Source of the DNA: a virus
Length of the DNA stretch: 64,000 nt
Direction: 5' to 3' (one strand)
Virus record (IMG/VR): IMGVR_UViG_3300042892_002240
Coordinates: 1 to 64,000 of that record
Made by a program: the position numbers and the translations under genes. The notes under the pieces are model-generated. The model did not search any database. It was not told where the DNA came from and worked only from the letters and a program-made list of their open reading frames with translations. Every line of letters begins with the position of its first letter. The stretch's first letter is position 1. Positions 38,811-48,411 of this stretch are shown here, one piece after another.

Positions 38811-39168
38811 CGACGACACCTACCACGAATACACCTTTAACAGCGTAGAAGACATTTTTGTTTTTGTTGAATGGGTAAGGGCCAATTTTGATGATGCCGA
38901 AGAATACGAAACATGGTTTTTGTACGCGATGGACGATGACATCCCCCCAACAACTTTTTGCACAAGAGGGAAAAAGGTTGAACAACCCCTACACTCCTGT
39001 GTAGAGTGCAAAGCCCAGTTCCTAACACAAGCCGGGTTAGACGTCCATCAAAAAGTAGTGCACAAGAATAAGAAGAAGATCCAAAAGCAGTTTTGGGAGA
39101 TTGTAAACAACTCCTACGAGAACCACCAAGAGGAAACTAATGACAAAGGAATTTCAGACCCCGACTGA
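38800..39168 (+). CDS. Protein with classical C2H2 zinc finger
   Basis: HSCVECKAQFLTQAGLDVHQKVVH = C-x2-C-x3-F-x5-L-x2-H-x4-H. Confidence 0.7.
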   Translation: MDDDDDTYHEYTFNSVEDIFVFVEWVRANFDDAEEYETWFLYAMDDDIPPTTFCTRGKKVEQPLHSCVECKAQFLTQAGLDVHQKVVHKNKKKIQKQFWEIVNNSYENHQEETNDKGISDPD

Positions 39169-39727
39169 TTGGAAGTCAGCAGCATGGTGGCGTAATCGTT
39201 CACCTGAAGAGCGCGTGTTTCACGCAAAGGTTCCACCACGCTTTTACAGCGTTGAAGACATTACGGTTACTTCTAGCGTTAGCAAATGGCTTGCTAATTA
39301 CAAACCAGGCGACAGCTTAATTCTTCATGGTAAATCCGGCACTGGCAAAACTACTGTTGCTCAAGCAATTCTTCGTGAGTTAATTTCTTCCCACAAGTTG
39401 TCAGGCAGGTTTGTAACTTCTGATCGTTACCTTGAGATGCTCAAAGATCAGTTTGATAGCGAGAACGTTCTCCCATCCATGTACTCAAGCCCTTACTTGG
39501 TTAAGTACATTCAAGGCGTATTTGACATCTTGCTTCTTGACGGGGTTGGCCAAGAAAGGGAAACAGACTTTTCTATCCACGAGATTGGGAGCCTTATCCG
39601 CCGCCGCTACGAAGACATGCGCACAACCATTATCACGACTACGTTAGGCACAACTGATTTCACCCGCAGGTACGGAGAGCGTGTAAAGAGTGCTGTCATT
39701 GACATGCACGAAGAAAAGGTGTCTTAG
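39140..39727 (+). CDS. DnaC/IstB-like AAA+ helicase loader
   Basis: GKSGTGKT, LLLDGVG.E, R.RY....TIITT, RYGER..S. Confidence 0.85.
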   Translation: MTKEFQTPTDWKSAAWWRNRSPEERVFHAKVPPRFYSVEDITVTSSVSKWLANYKPGDSLILHGKSGTGKTTVAQAILRELISSHKLSGRFVTSDRYLEMLKDQFDSENVLPSMYSSPYLVKYIQGVFDILLLDGVGQERETDFSIHEIGSLIRRRYEDMRTTIITTTLGTTDFTRRYGERVKSAVIDMHEEKVS

Positions 39728-39728
39728 C

Positions 39729-40172
39729 ATGGAAGGCGGCAACATTTCCCAAAGTGTCCGTTCAGGACAAGCTTGTTTTTTTGAAGACTTACTTGTTTCC
39801 CGCCCCACAGGCGCTTCTTTAATAAAATCAAAATATTACGAAAAAACAGGTGACTGGAAATCTGCGTTAAAACTTTGGAAACCAAATGACCTTCCTTTAA
39901 AGTCTTTAATTGACACAGTTGAAAGGTTGCATGTCTCAACTGAAGTTATAACTTTTTTAAGTCCCGATGCCGTAGAACCTATTTATCAATGGTTAGTTCG
40001 CAAAGGCGTTATGACTAATGTTGAATACTACGAAAGCGTAGAGGACTACAGCGTTGACCTCCGGTATAACCGATCAATAACAACCGTCTATGTAGCAAAA
40101 CAAGAAGATGCACTTATACTTGGCCCCCGGTCTACAGTCGTAAGTCCGAACACTCAGTGGGGAAGATTTTAA
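39729..40172 (+). CDS. Hypothetical protein (HAD-like fold, degenerate)
   Basis: FFEDLLV, EVITF, WL.R.G pattern; no DxD. Confidence 0.5.
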   Translation: MEGGNISQSVRSGQACFFEDLLVSRPTGASLIKSKYYEKTGDWKSALKLWKPNDLPLKSLIDTVERLHVSTEVITFLSPDAVEPIYQWLVRKGVMTNVEYYESVEDYSVDLRYNRSITTVYVAKQEDALILGPRSTVVSPNTQWGRF

Positions 40173-41425
40173 TGGCATCCAGCGAGCTCTATCTAATCTC
40201 AAAAGTAATTCACGAAAAAGATGCCTCTGCTCCAGTCAAGGCTGGACTTAAGCCAGATCACTTAACGGGTGAGTGGTCAGACATTTGGCGTTGGATTTTA
40301 GAGTTCCAACAAACACACGGTTCCGTACCTACGGAACGCGTACTACTACGAGAGTACGGTGGGGTAACACTCCAAGACGTAAAAGATGAGCCATTTTCGA
40401 GGCTGCTTGATGAAATCTTTGAGGCGTATAGAAAACGCTGTTTGTTGGATGCACTACAACCAGCAATCAACGCCTTAAACGCCGACGATGTAAACGCCGC
40501 TTTAGCATCCCTTACTTCAGGCATTCAAAAAGCTTCAGTGGAAGCGGCACGCCTACGTGATGTTGACATTATTCAAAACTGGGAAAACCGTATTAACCGC
40601 TACGAAGAGATGCGTTTACAACCAAACGCTTTACGTGGTATTCCTACTGGGTTCTATGGTCTTGACAAAATCACTCACGGACTGCGCCCACAACAATTCA
40701 TTGTGTTTGCTGGAGAACCAAAACGTGGTAAATCTCTATTTGCCTTGATCCTCGCCAACTCAGCGCACGTTCATGGTAAACGCCCGTTGTTTGTTTCTTT
40801 TGAAATGAGCATTGAAGAGCAAGAAGCTCGCTATGACTCTTTGATTGCCAAAGTTCCGTATGACAGGATTTTGTCAGGAGATCTAAATACAAAGGACATG
40901 ACCAAGATTCACAAAGCTTTATCTATCCGCAAACACATGCAGCCTTTTGTATTCAGTGAAGACACCGCGTCGTTGACTACAGTCAGTGCATTAGCAAGCA
41001 AGGTGCAGGAGTATTCTCCAGACGTGCTATTTGTTGACGGTGTGTATTTGATGGATGATGAAGAGGGTGAAGCAAAAGGTAGCCCCCAAGCGTTGACTAA
41101 CATTACGCGTGCATTAAAGCGTATGGCTCAGCGTTTTGACATCCCTGTTGTTGCTACAACTCAGGTTTTGTCTTGGAAGCTACAGAACCGCAAGACTCGT
41201 GCAGTTACTGCTGACGCAATTGGGTACACCTCTTCATTTGCTCAAGATGCCGACTTGATTCTTGGTGTAGAGCGCAACCCAGACATTGATGACCAAGCAA
41301 TTATTAGAGTTGTCTTAGCTCGTACAGCCCCTACTGGAGAAGTACACGTTAAATGGGATTGGACAACCATGGAGTTTGAGGAGGTTATGGGTGATGCAGA
41401 AGCAACTGACCCCTCATTTGACTGA
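40172..41425 (+). CDS. dnaB: Replicative DNA helicase
   Basis: GIPTGF..LD..T.G, GEPKRGKS, SFEMS, VDGVYLM, LKRMA....PVV..Q, QDAD. Confidence 0.92.
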   Translation: MASSELYLISKVIHEKDASAPVKAGLKPDHLTGEWSDIWRWILEFQQTHGSVPTERVLLREYGGVTLQDVKDEPFSRLLDEIFEAYRKRCLLDALQPAINALNADDVNAALASLTSGIQKASVEAARLRDVDIIQNWENRINRYEEMRLQPNALRGIPTGFYGLDKITHGLRPQQFIVFAGEPKRGKSLFALILANSAHVHGKRPLFVSFEMSIEEQEARYDSLIAKVPYDRILSGDLNTKDMTKIHKALSIRKHMQPFVFSEDTASLTTVSALASKVQEYSPDVLFVDGVYLMDDEEGEAKGSPQALTNITRALKRMAQRFDIPVVATTQVLSWKLQNRKTRAVTADAIGYTSSFAQDADLILGVERNPDIDDQAIIRVVLARTAPTGEVHVKWDWTTMEFEEVMGDAEATDPSFD

Positions 41426-42314
41426 TCTTAGTGACATTCTAAAAGTCTCAGGGGTAGAAGTACTCCGTGTTAGTGATCGGGAAATAACAGGTAGGTGCCC
41501 AGTCCACGAAAGGGTTACTGGTCACGCAGACAACTCCCCTTCTTGGAGCATGAACGCGTCTACCGGACTTTGGCTTTGCTTTTCATGTGGAGCACGTGGC
41601 ACTCTTTCTATGCTCCTTTCCGAATTATCGGGAGAAGCAGGTATATCAGCTCAACAGTTTTTAATTAACGCTGGCATGCAGCGGCTTACTAGCTCAGACG
41701 CGTCTACTTACCAAGTCCCACAGAAACTAGATACTGAAGCTTTTTTTAAGTTTGAAAGAGTCTCCGATAAGCATTGCTTTTCAAAACACCTTGATCCCGA
41801 CATTATCTACCGTTACGGCGTTAGGTGGAACCCAACCAACAAGTCATGGTGCATACCCATTATTTCAAGCATGGGTAGCCTCATGGGGTGGCAAGAAAAA
41901 CGACCGGGTTGGGTACGTAACTTTCCTGTTGGCATTGAAAAGTCCAAGACCTTATTTGGTGTAGAACGTTTCAGGAGCAAGACTTCGGTCCTTGTTGAAT
42001 CTCCATTAGACGTAATTCGTTTTGCCATGGTGTTTTCTAAACCCCAAGCTGTCGCATCCTTTGGTGCTCAAGTTTCAAAAAGCCAAATGGACCTGCTTTT
42101 ACACATGTCAGACACGATTGTTATAGCCATGGACAATGACGAGGCTGGGATTGAATCCAGCAAACGCCTGTACAAGAACCTCGGGACTCCCCGTAAGGGT
42201 ATAAAGTGGTGGAACTACTCCACTACTAGTGCTAAAGATATTGGCGACATGACAGACGACGAAATAGAAACCGGACTACTAACTGCTACCGTTGTTCCTC
42301 CCTGGATTCGGTAA
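41394..42314 (+). CDS. dnaG: DNA primase (CHC2 Zn finger plus TOPRIM)
   Basis: CPVH...D.SPS...CFSCG; VES.LD; DNDEAG; KDIGD. Confidence 0.9.
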   Translation: MQKQLTPHLTDLSDILKVSGVEVLRVSDREITGRCPVHERVTGHADNSPSWSMNASTGLWLCFSCGARGTLSMLLSELSGEAGISAQQFLINAGMQRLTSSDASTYQVPQKLDTEAFFKFERVSDKHCFSKHLDPDIIYRYGVRWNPTNKSWCIPIISSMGSLMGWQEKRPGWVRNFPVGIEKSKTLFGVERFRSKTSVLVESPLDVIRFAMVFSKPQAVASFGAQVSKSQMDLLLHMSDTIVIAMDNDEAGIESSKRLYKNLGTPRKGIKWWNYSTTSAKDIGDMTDDEIETGLLTATVVPPWIR

Positions 42315-43861
42315 TGTTTAAAGGAAAGCTTTACCCATATCAAGAAGAGTCGGTAACCAAAATGGTTGACCGTGGGCAAATGCTTTTAGGCCTTGTAATG
42401 GGTGCTGGCAAAACCGTAACTACTATTGCAGCCGTTGAAGAGTTGTTTGTTCTCAATGAGATTGACAAGTGCTTGATCATTGTTCCAGCTTCATTAAAAT
42501 ACCAATGGAAACGGGAAATAGAAAGATTTACTGATTCTCGCGTAATAGTCATTGACGGTACACCAAAAGCCCGTGAAAAACTGTGGAGAGTAGCAATATC
42601 AGCAAGATACATTGTTGCCAATCCAGAAAGCCTTACAAAAGATGTTGAACATTTAAACCGGCTAAATGTTCAAGCAGTTGTTGTTGACGAAGCAACCATT
42701 ATTAAATCAAGGGTAAGCAAAAGATCTAAGTTAATTAAACGCATTGGCAAAAAAGTTAACTACCGGTTTGCCCTAACAGGGCAGCCAATTGAAAACCGGC
42801 CAGAAGAGTTGTTTTCAATTATGGAATTTGTTGACCCAAGCATCCTGGGTAAGTTTGATTTGTTTGACCGTACTTTTATTGTTAGGGACCACTTTGGTAG
42901 ACCCACTAGGTACAGGAATTTGGACAGCATGCACGCTTCGTTATCTGAATGTCTAATCCGCAAGACGCGAGAAGACATTGCAGATCAACTTCCAAAGATT
43001 GTTCATCAAACCATTCCAGTTCCCTTTGATGTAAAAGGTGCAATTTTATACAAAGCTATTTCTGCTGACTTATTGCATCAGCTACAACAGGCCATGAGTA
43101 GCCATGGTGGTTCATTTAGCTTATGGAACCATTACAACGACCCAGAGTCAAATGCTGCGCAAGGCCAAATTATGTCTAGGTTGACAACCTTAAGAATGCT
43201 TTGTGACAACCCAGAATTAGTAAAACATTCTGCCCTTCTATACAGGGACCCATCAAAGCCAGATCAAGGCAGCGCATATGCCGACCTCCTAGATAGTAAA
43301 GGCATGTTAACCGGGGTATCTGAAACTCCAAAATTGTCTGCTGTTTTAGATTACATTGAAGAAGTTCTGGCTGAAGATCCAATTAACAAAGTTGTTTTAT
43401 TTTCTTTCTTTAAAGACAACCTTCGTTACATCCAAAAAGCCACTTCTAAGATAACAAACTCAGTCTTATTCATGGGTGGTATGAACGCCGAAGAAAAAGA
43501 CGAAGCTAAGCAGTTATTCTCTAATGACCCCAACACACGCTTGTTCTTATCTTCAGATGCTGGTGGATACGGCGTTGACCTTCCAATGGCCAACTACCTT
43601 ATTTCCTATGACCTTCCTTGGAGCAGCGGAAAGCTTGAACAAAGAGAAGCTCGAATTATTCGTTTGTCATCCACTTTTGATCACGTAACCATTGCTACAT
43701 TTGTCATGCAAGGTTCAATTGAAGAACGACAATACGAAATGCTCCAACAGAAACGTTCCATTAGTGAGGCGTTTATTGATGGAAAACATCACGACGTACG
43801 TGGTGGTTTTGACATTACATTAGGTAGCCTAACAACATTCCTACGAGACTCAAAGGTTTAA
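42314..43861 (+). CDS. SNF2-family helicase
   Basis: L.PYQ, MGAGKT, VVDEAT, LTG.P.EN..EL, GG.G.DL..A, Q...RI.R. Confidence 0.9.
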   Translation: MFKGKLYPYQEESVTKMVDRGQMLLGLVMGAGKTVTTIAAVEELFVLNEIDKCLIIVPASLKYQWKREIERFTDSRVIVIDGTPKAREKLWRVAISARYIVANPESLTKDVEHLNRLNVQAVVVDEATIIKSRVSKRSKLIKRIGKKVNYRFALTGQPIENRPEELFSIMEFVDPSILGKFDLFDRTFIVRDHFGRPTRYRNLDSMHASLSECLIRKTREDIADQLPKIVHQTIPVPFDVKGAILYKAISADLLHQLQQAMSSHGGSFSLWNHYNDPESNAAQGQIMSRLTTLRMLCDNPELVKHSALLYRDPSKPDQGSAYADLLDSKGMLTGVSETPKLSAVLDYIEEVLAEDPINKVVLFSFFKDNLRYIQKATSKITNSVLFMGGMNAEEKDEAKQLFSNDPNTRLFLSSDAGGYGVDLPMANYLISYDLPWSSGKLEQREARIIRLSSTFDHVTIATFVMQGSIEERQYEMLQQKRSISEAFIDGKHHDVRGGFDITLGSLTTFLRDSKV

Positions 43862-43862
43862 A

Positions 43863-44318
43863 ATGATCAACAAACCAAAACTTCCAGATAGAGAAGATGC
43901 CAACATTCCTACAAAAGAGCTTCTTGGGCGGATTGCTGAGGAGTACAAAAAGGCAAAAGAATTTGCCGAAAGCACCGCTAAGCGTGCCGATGAACTAAAG
44001 AAAGAACTTGTTCGTCAGGTCTCCCAGTACGGTACCCCAGACGACAAGGGACACAAATGGATGGCCGCCGGCAATATGCAATTAAAGCATGAGCGTCGTG
44101 TTGGTAAAGCCTTTGACCTAGCTTCAGCAATTGATTGGGCAAAACAAACTGGAATTTGGGATGCCGTAAAAGAAATTGTTGAAACAACCAATGAAGACTT
44201 AATCTTGCGGTACTCATGGGAACACCCCGAGCATCAAGACACAGTTGCAAGGTTTTACACAGAACGTGAAACTTGGGCTTTTAAATTAGTTGATCAAAAA
44301 AGCTACGACGACGAATAA
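43863..44318 (+). CDS. Hypothetical protein (Gam/Gp157-like coiled coil)
   Basis: Helical N-half, located in the recombination block. Confidence 0.5.
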   Translation: MINKPKLPDREDANIPTKELLGRIAEEYKKAKEFAESTAKRADELKKELVRQVSQYGTPDDKGHKWMAAGNMQLKHERRVGKAFDLASAIDWAKQTGIWDAVKEIVETTNEDLILRYSWEHPEHQDTVARFYTERETWAFKLVDQKSYDDE

Positions 44319-44761
44319 TGTCAAAAGACCCTCTTGATCTTTTTAACTCCCTTCCGGATTACCCGGGAAAGACGCCGCCTAAAAACAGACAAGAAACAAC
44401 AAAAAAGTTTAAGCCCATTGCCGAAGACCGGCTAAATGGGGCAAAGCCAACCATTTTTGTAATTAACGGTGTTGAGCAGCACTTCTTTTTAGTAGGGGAT
44501 TTAGCAAAAGCCCTTAATAGGAGACCGGTTACAATCCGGAAGTGGGAACTTAACGGGTGGTTACCAAAAGCAAAGTACCGGACAACTTCTCCCAAGGGAA
44601 CACAAATTCCTGGAAAAGTTCAAAAAGGACGTAGGCTTTACTCTTTGAATCAGGTAGAGTTTCTAATTACCGCGTTGTCGCGGTATGAGATAGACAACCC
44701 AGCTAAGGCCAACTGGGACGGCTTCAGACAACACATCAAAAACGAATGGCCCAACGATTAA
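44318..44761 (+). CDS. MerR-like HTH DNA-binding protein
   Basis: GDLAKALNR...TIRKWE..G.LP...R...GRRLYS. Confidence 0.8.
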   Translation: MSKDPLDLFNSLPDYPGKTPPKNRQETTKKFKPIAEDRLNGAKPTIFVINGVEQHFFLVGDLAKALNRRPVTIRKWELNGWLPKAKYRTTSPKGTQIPGKVQKGRRLYSLNQVEFLITALSRYEIDNPAKANWDGFRQHIKNEWPND

Positions 44762-44767
44762 GGAAAA

Positions 44768-45478
44768 ATGATGAGCAGATATGATGATGATGACGAAGAG
44801 ACCATGGAAGAAGCACCAGTGCGTGCTACTTCTAACCTCAAGTTAGTAGTAGAGGACAAGGAAGAAGAGCCCGAAGCGGACGAAGCCCCTGCGGCTAGTT
44901 CAATCCGCCGTGGTTGGGGTGCTGCTGAAACAGTCAAGCACGCCGATTCTCCTTTTGCCCAGCGCCTACGAGTTACCGAAGAACCAACAATTGTTAAATT
45001 TGTTGAAGACGAGCCTTACGCTTCTTACCGCCAACACTGGGTAGAGCGTTCGGGGCAGAAGTCATTTACTTGTATTGCCGAGTCGGACCCCAAAGGGTGC
45101 CCACTTTGTGACGCTGGTATGCGCCCCTCAACTCGCTTTGCGTTCAACGTAATTCAAATGACCTCAGATGGTGAACCCACTTTGAAGTCCTACGAAGTTG
45201 GCCCACGAGTTATTGACCAACTTAAGAATTTCCATAACGACCCACGCCAAGGCCCATTGTCCAAGCATTTTTGGGCAGTTAGCCGTTCAGGCAAGGGTGC
45301 CACCTCAGCCACCAATCATCAGTTGGTTAAAGAGCGTGACCTTGAGGAATGGAACATTGACCAGTTAACAACAGAGACCTTTAAGCTTCTTAAGTCAAAA
45401 GCTTACGGTCCTGAGATTATTCAGATTCCTTCACGCAAGGATCTTCAGCAGATCGTTCTTGACGACCTGGATAGCTGA
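44768..45478 (+). CDS. Single-stranded DNA-binding protein (gp32-like)
   Basis: Y.QHW, F.C......CPLC, F.FNV; acidic termini; upstream of polA. Confidence 0.7.
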   Translation: MMSRYDDDDEETMEEAPVRATSNLKLVVEDKEEEPEADEAPAASSIRRGWGAAETVKHADSPFAQRLRVTEEPTIVKFVEDEPYASYRQHWVERSGQKSFTCIAESDPKGCPLCDAGMRPSTRFAFNVIQMTSDGEPTLKSYEVGPRVIDQLKNFHNDPRQGPLSKHFWAVSRSGKGATSATNHQLVKERDLEEWNIDQLTTETFKLLKSKAYGPEIIQIPSRKDLQQIVLDDLDS

Positions 45479-45480
45479 AG

Positions 45481-47568
45481 TTGGAGACAAACTTGTCTAA
45501 CGTAGGGGGCTTAACGGCCCCCTACGTTGTCTCTACGATAGAAGAACTACACGACATTGTTGCAGAAGTGACAAGGGTAGGTGCTTTTGCTTTTGACGTT
45601 GAGACCTTTGGTGCCGTAGACAGGCATCCTGACGTTTTAAAACATATTGAAAAAGAATGGCAAAGCCATGTTGCCACCCTTACTACAAAGAATGATGACA
45701 TCCTTGCTAGATCAAGGGACATTGTTTGTGGTCGGTGGAGAAACACCCTTGCTCTTGACCCTATGCGCAATAGCGTGTTTTGGTTGGGTATTGCTACAGA
45801 GGGTAAATCTTGGGCTATCCCTATGGGGCACCCAAATGGTGAAATCATTATTCCCGAAGAACGTGGTGATGGTACAACTATCCCACCGGAGGGCTACAGG
45901 AAATTTACGGCCAGTGGAAAAGAGTCCATGGCTAAGTCAAGGTACTTTAAACCTGCAGTATTCAGCGACCCACCAAGTCAGCTAACTTGCGCAGAGGTTT
46001 TTGAAGTCCTTAAACCTTTGTTCTTTAGCGACATTGTTAAGATTGGCCACAACGTAAAGTTTGACGCACGGTCTGTCAGAAAATACTTTGACGGTGAATT
46101 GCCCGCAGAGCCTTTCTTAGACACAATGATTATGCAGCACATAGTCAATGAGAACCTTTCTGAGTACAGCTTGACCCATATCATCTCTCATAACTTTGAG
46201 GGGCACAACGCTTATCATGCAGATGGGAAGCTTGGCGCAATCATTATGGATGTGCCATTTTCAAAAGCCACAAAGTATGTGCACCTGGATGTTCGTTGGA
46301 CATGGTTGCTTTACAAGACACTATGGCGCAAGATCTCTTCTGTACCTGAGCTACTCTCCTGCCTAAGGCAAGATATGCGAGTGCTCCATGTACTAATGGA
46401 GATGGAAGACACTGGGATTCCTGTTAATCACAGAGCAATGGTTGCTCTTGGAAAGCAACTAGAAATACGCCTTAGTGAGCTTCTGCTTGGCATGATGGAC
46501 TACGCCCCTCCTGGTTTCAACCCGGATAGCGTTAAACACAAACAACAATTACTGTTTAACAAGAAGCGTGAGGGTGGGTTAGGTCTAAAGCCAACCAAGA
46601 CAACCCCTAAGGGTACTGCTTCAGTAGATGAGGAAAGTCTTCACAATCTTGAAAGCAAACATCCAATTGTTCCAATGATGATTGAGTGGTCTGAAACTAA
46701 AAAGCTCGTGTCAACTTACGTTGACGGGTTGCTCCCCAAACTTCATCACGGTGGGCTTCACCCCTCTTTTCACTTGCACAGAACCGCAACTGGAAGATTG
46801 TCTTCAAGCAACCCTAATCTTCAAAACATTCCACGAGAGAGCAGCGTACGAAGCCTGTTTGTTGCCCCCGAGGGTTACCAACTACTTGTTGCTGACTACG
46901 ACCAAATTGAGCTTCGTGTTATGTGCATGTTTTCTCATGATCCCAAAATGAGCGAATTCTTCTTGACGGGATCGGACATCCACTCGGGTGCTGCGGCGCT
47001 GGTCCTAGGCAAGCCAATAGAGGAAGTTACCTCAGAAGAGAGGCAGCTTGGCAAAGGCGTCAACTTCCTGACTGCCTACGGTGGGGGGTCACAGAAGCTA
47101 GCCAGGACTACTGGTATTGACGAAGAACATGCCCGATTTGTGATTGATCAGTATTACAGACAGTTCTCTGGCATTACAAAATGGAAGCAAGATGTCATTG
47201 CAGAGGGTAGGCGCAAGGGTTATGTGCAGACAATTTCTGGCCGTAGACGCCATTTGCCTGACCTATCTGCATCAGACAACACTTTACGCTCCCGTGCAGA
47301 ACGACAAGCGGTAAATGCAGTTGTTCAAGGTTCTGCAGCAGACATTTGCAAAAAAGCAATGATTGATGTGTATGATGACCTAACACCAAAAGGGGCAAAA
47401 ATGCTTGTGCAAGTACACGACGAATTAGTTGTACTCGTAAAGGATTCAGACGTAGATGAGTTTATGCCCTTGCTTATGTCATCAATGGGTGATGGGGTCG
47501 TTTACGAAGGTATACCATTAAAGGTATCGTGTGACTCAGCAGGTAGTTGGTCTGAGGCGAAAGGTTAG
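45481..47568 (+). CDS. polA: Family A DNA polymerase with 3'-5' exonuclease
   Basis: FDVET, HNVKFD, YVHLD; TGRLSSSNPNLQNIP, ADYDQIELR, KGVNF..AYG, VHDEL. Confidence 0.95.
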   Translation: METNLSNVGGLTAPYVVSTIEELHDIVAEVTRVGAFAFDVETFGAVDRHPDVLKHIEKEWQSHVATLTTKNDDILARSRDIVCGRWRNTLALDPMRNSVFWLGIATEGKSWAIPMGHPNGEIIIPEERGDGTTIPPEGYRKFTASGKESMAKSRYFKPAVFSDPPSQLTCAEVFEVLKPLFFSDIVKIGHNVKFDARSVRKYFDGELPAEPFLDTMIMQHIVNENLSEYSLTHIISHNFEGHNAYHADGKLGAIIMDVPFSKATKYVHLDVRWTWLLYKTLWRKISSVPELLSCLRQDMRVLHVLMEMEDTGIPVNHRAMVALGKQLEIRLSELLLGMMDYAPPGFNPDSVKHKQQLLFNKKREGGLGLKPTKTTPKGTASVDEESLHNLESKHPIVPMMIEWSETKKLVSTYVDGLLPKLHHGGLHPSFHLHRTATGRLSSSNPNLQNIPRESSVRSLFVAPEGYQLLVADYDQIELRVMCMFSHDPKMSEFFLTGSDIHSGAAALVLGKPIEEVTSEERQLGKGVNFLTAYGGGSQKLARTTGIDEEHARFVIDQYYRQFSGITKWKQDVIAEGRRKGYVQTISGRRRHLPDLSASDNTLRSRAERQAVNAVVQGSAADICKKAMIDVYDDLTPKGAKMLVQVHDELVVLVKDSDVDEFMPLLMSSMGDGVVYEGIPLKVSCDSAGSWSEAKG
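45499..45528 (+). promoter_or_regulatory. 12-bp hairpin in the first codons of polA (terminator or translational operator)
   Basis: AACGTAGGGGGC-ttaacg-GCCCCCTACGTT. Confidence 0.65.
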
Positions 47569-47572
47569 CACT

Positions 47573-48004
47573 ATGGCAATGAGCCCAATAGACAAACGCA
47601 ATTTTTACTTATCCCTATCTATTATGGAAGGACAAAAGATTGCTTCAAACGCAGGGTTTGCTGTTCCTTCTGCAGAAGTGCAGGAAAGCGAAATAGTAGA
47701 CACTATTAGTAAATGGGTCATCCTTACAGGTTTAGGCATTTTTGACAATGTAAAACAATGCTCTGATTGGATGCTAGAAGTTGTTAAAGTGCACAATGAT
47801 TTAGATGACGACGAATTAGAAAGCACCCAAAACGTGTTGATGTCCTTTGGTATGTCTTTAATATCCCACCTGGTAGACAATGAATTACTTGAACTTCCAG
47901 AAACCACGCATGCCCCAGTTTCAGAATTAAACAGAGAAGCATTACTAAACTTATTGTCGTTTAGAACCGACAGTGAAGATGATGAGGAGGAAGACGATGA
48001 GTGA
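47573..48004 (+). CDS. Hypothetical acidic protein
   Basis: ORF in operon, overlapping the next start. Confidence 0.6.
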   Translation: MAMSPIDKRNFYLSLSIMEGQKIASNAGFAVPSAEVQESEIVDTISKWVILTGLGIFDNVKQCSDWMLEVVKVHNDLDDDELESTQNVLMSFGMSLISHLVDNELLELPETTHAPVSELNREALLNLLSFRTDSEDDEEEDDE

Positions 48005-48398
48005 TTGGTGGTCACGTAAACTTACAGGTAACGCTCCAGCAGCCCCTGCTCGTACTTTTAACACCCCAGTTTCTACACCACCAATTGGTATACGGCAAAA
48101 CACCATGGCTGTTACCCCCTTGCATAGTCAAGATGTTGCCCAGCAACAAGTGCTTGATGAAGGCCGATCTGCAACAGATCAAATTGGCATGAGTGACGCA
48201 ATCCGTTTATGGAAAGGCGGAGAAGCTCACAGACGTGACGGTAACTCTAGTTGCCCGTCATGCGGTAGTGGTCTAGTTTTTTCTAGAACAGGTAGAAGTG
48301 GTACAACAGTTAATGGTAACGCCCCAGCACCACGATGTTTTTCATGTGGGTGGAATGGTATGTACGAACAGGCAGACCAAATTTCTTGGTCAGCATAA
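47997..48398 (+). CDS. Zn-ribbon protein
   Basis: CPSCGS...RCFSCGW; GGAGG upstream. Confidence 0.7.
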   Translation: MSDWWSRKLTGNAPAAPARTFNTPVSTPPIGIRQNTMAVTPLHSQDVAQQQVLDEGRSATDQIGMSDAIRLWKGGEAHRRDGNSSCPSCGSGLVFSRTGRSGTTVNGNAPAPRCFSCGWNGMYEQADQISWSA

Positions 48399-48411
48399 CG
48401 AGGAGAACAAA

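Noticed and set aside
45481-47568. Intein or intron in polA (also checked terL, dnaB, recA)
   Set aside because: Reading frames are continuous with no C/S...HN splice motifs or LAGLIDADG/HNH signatures
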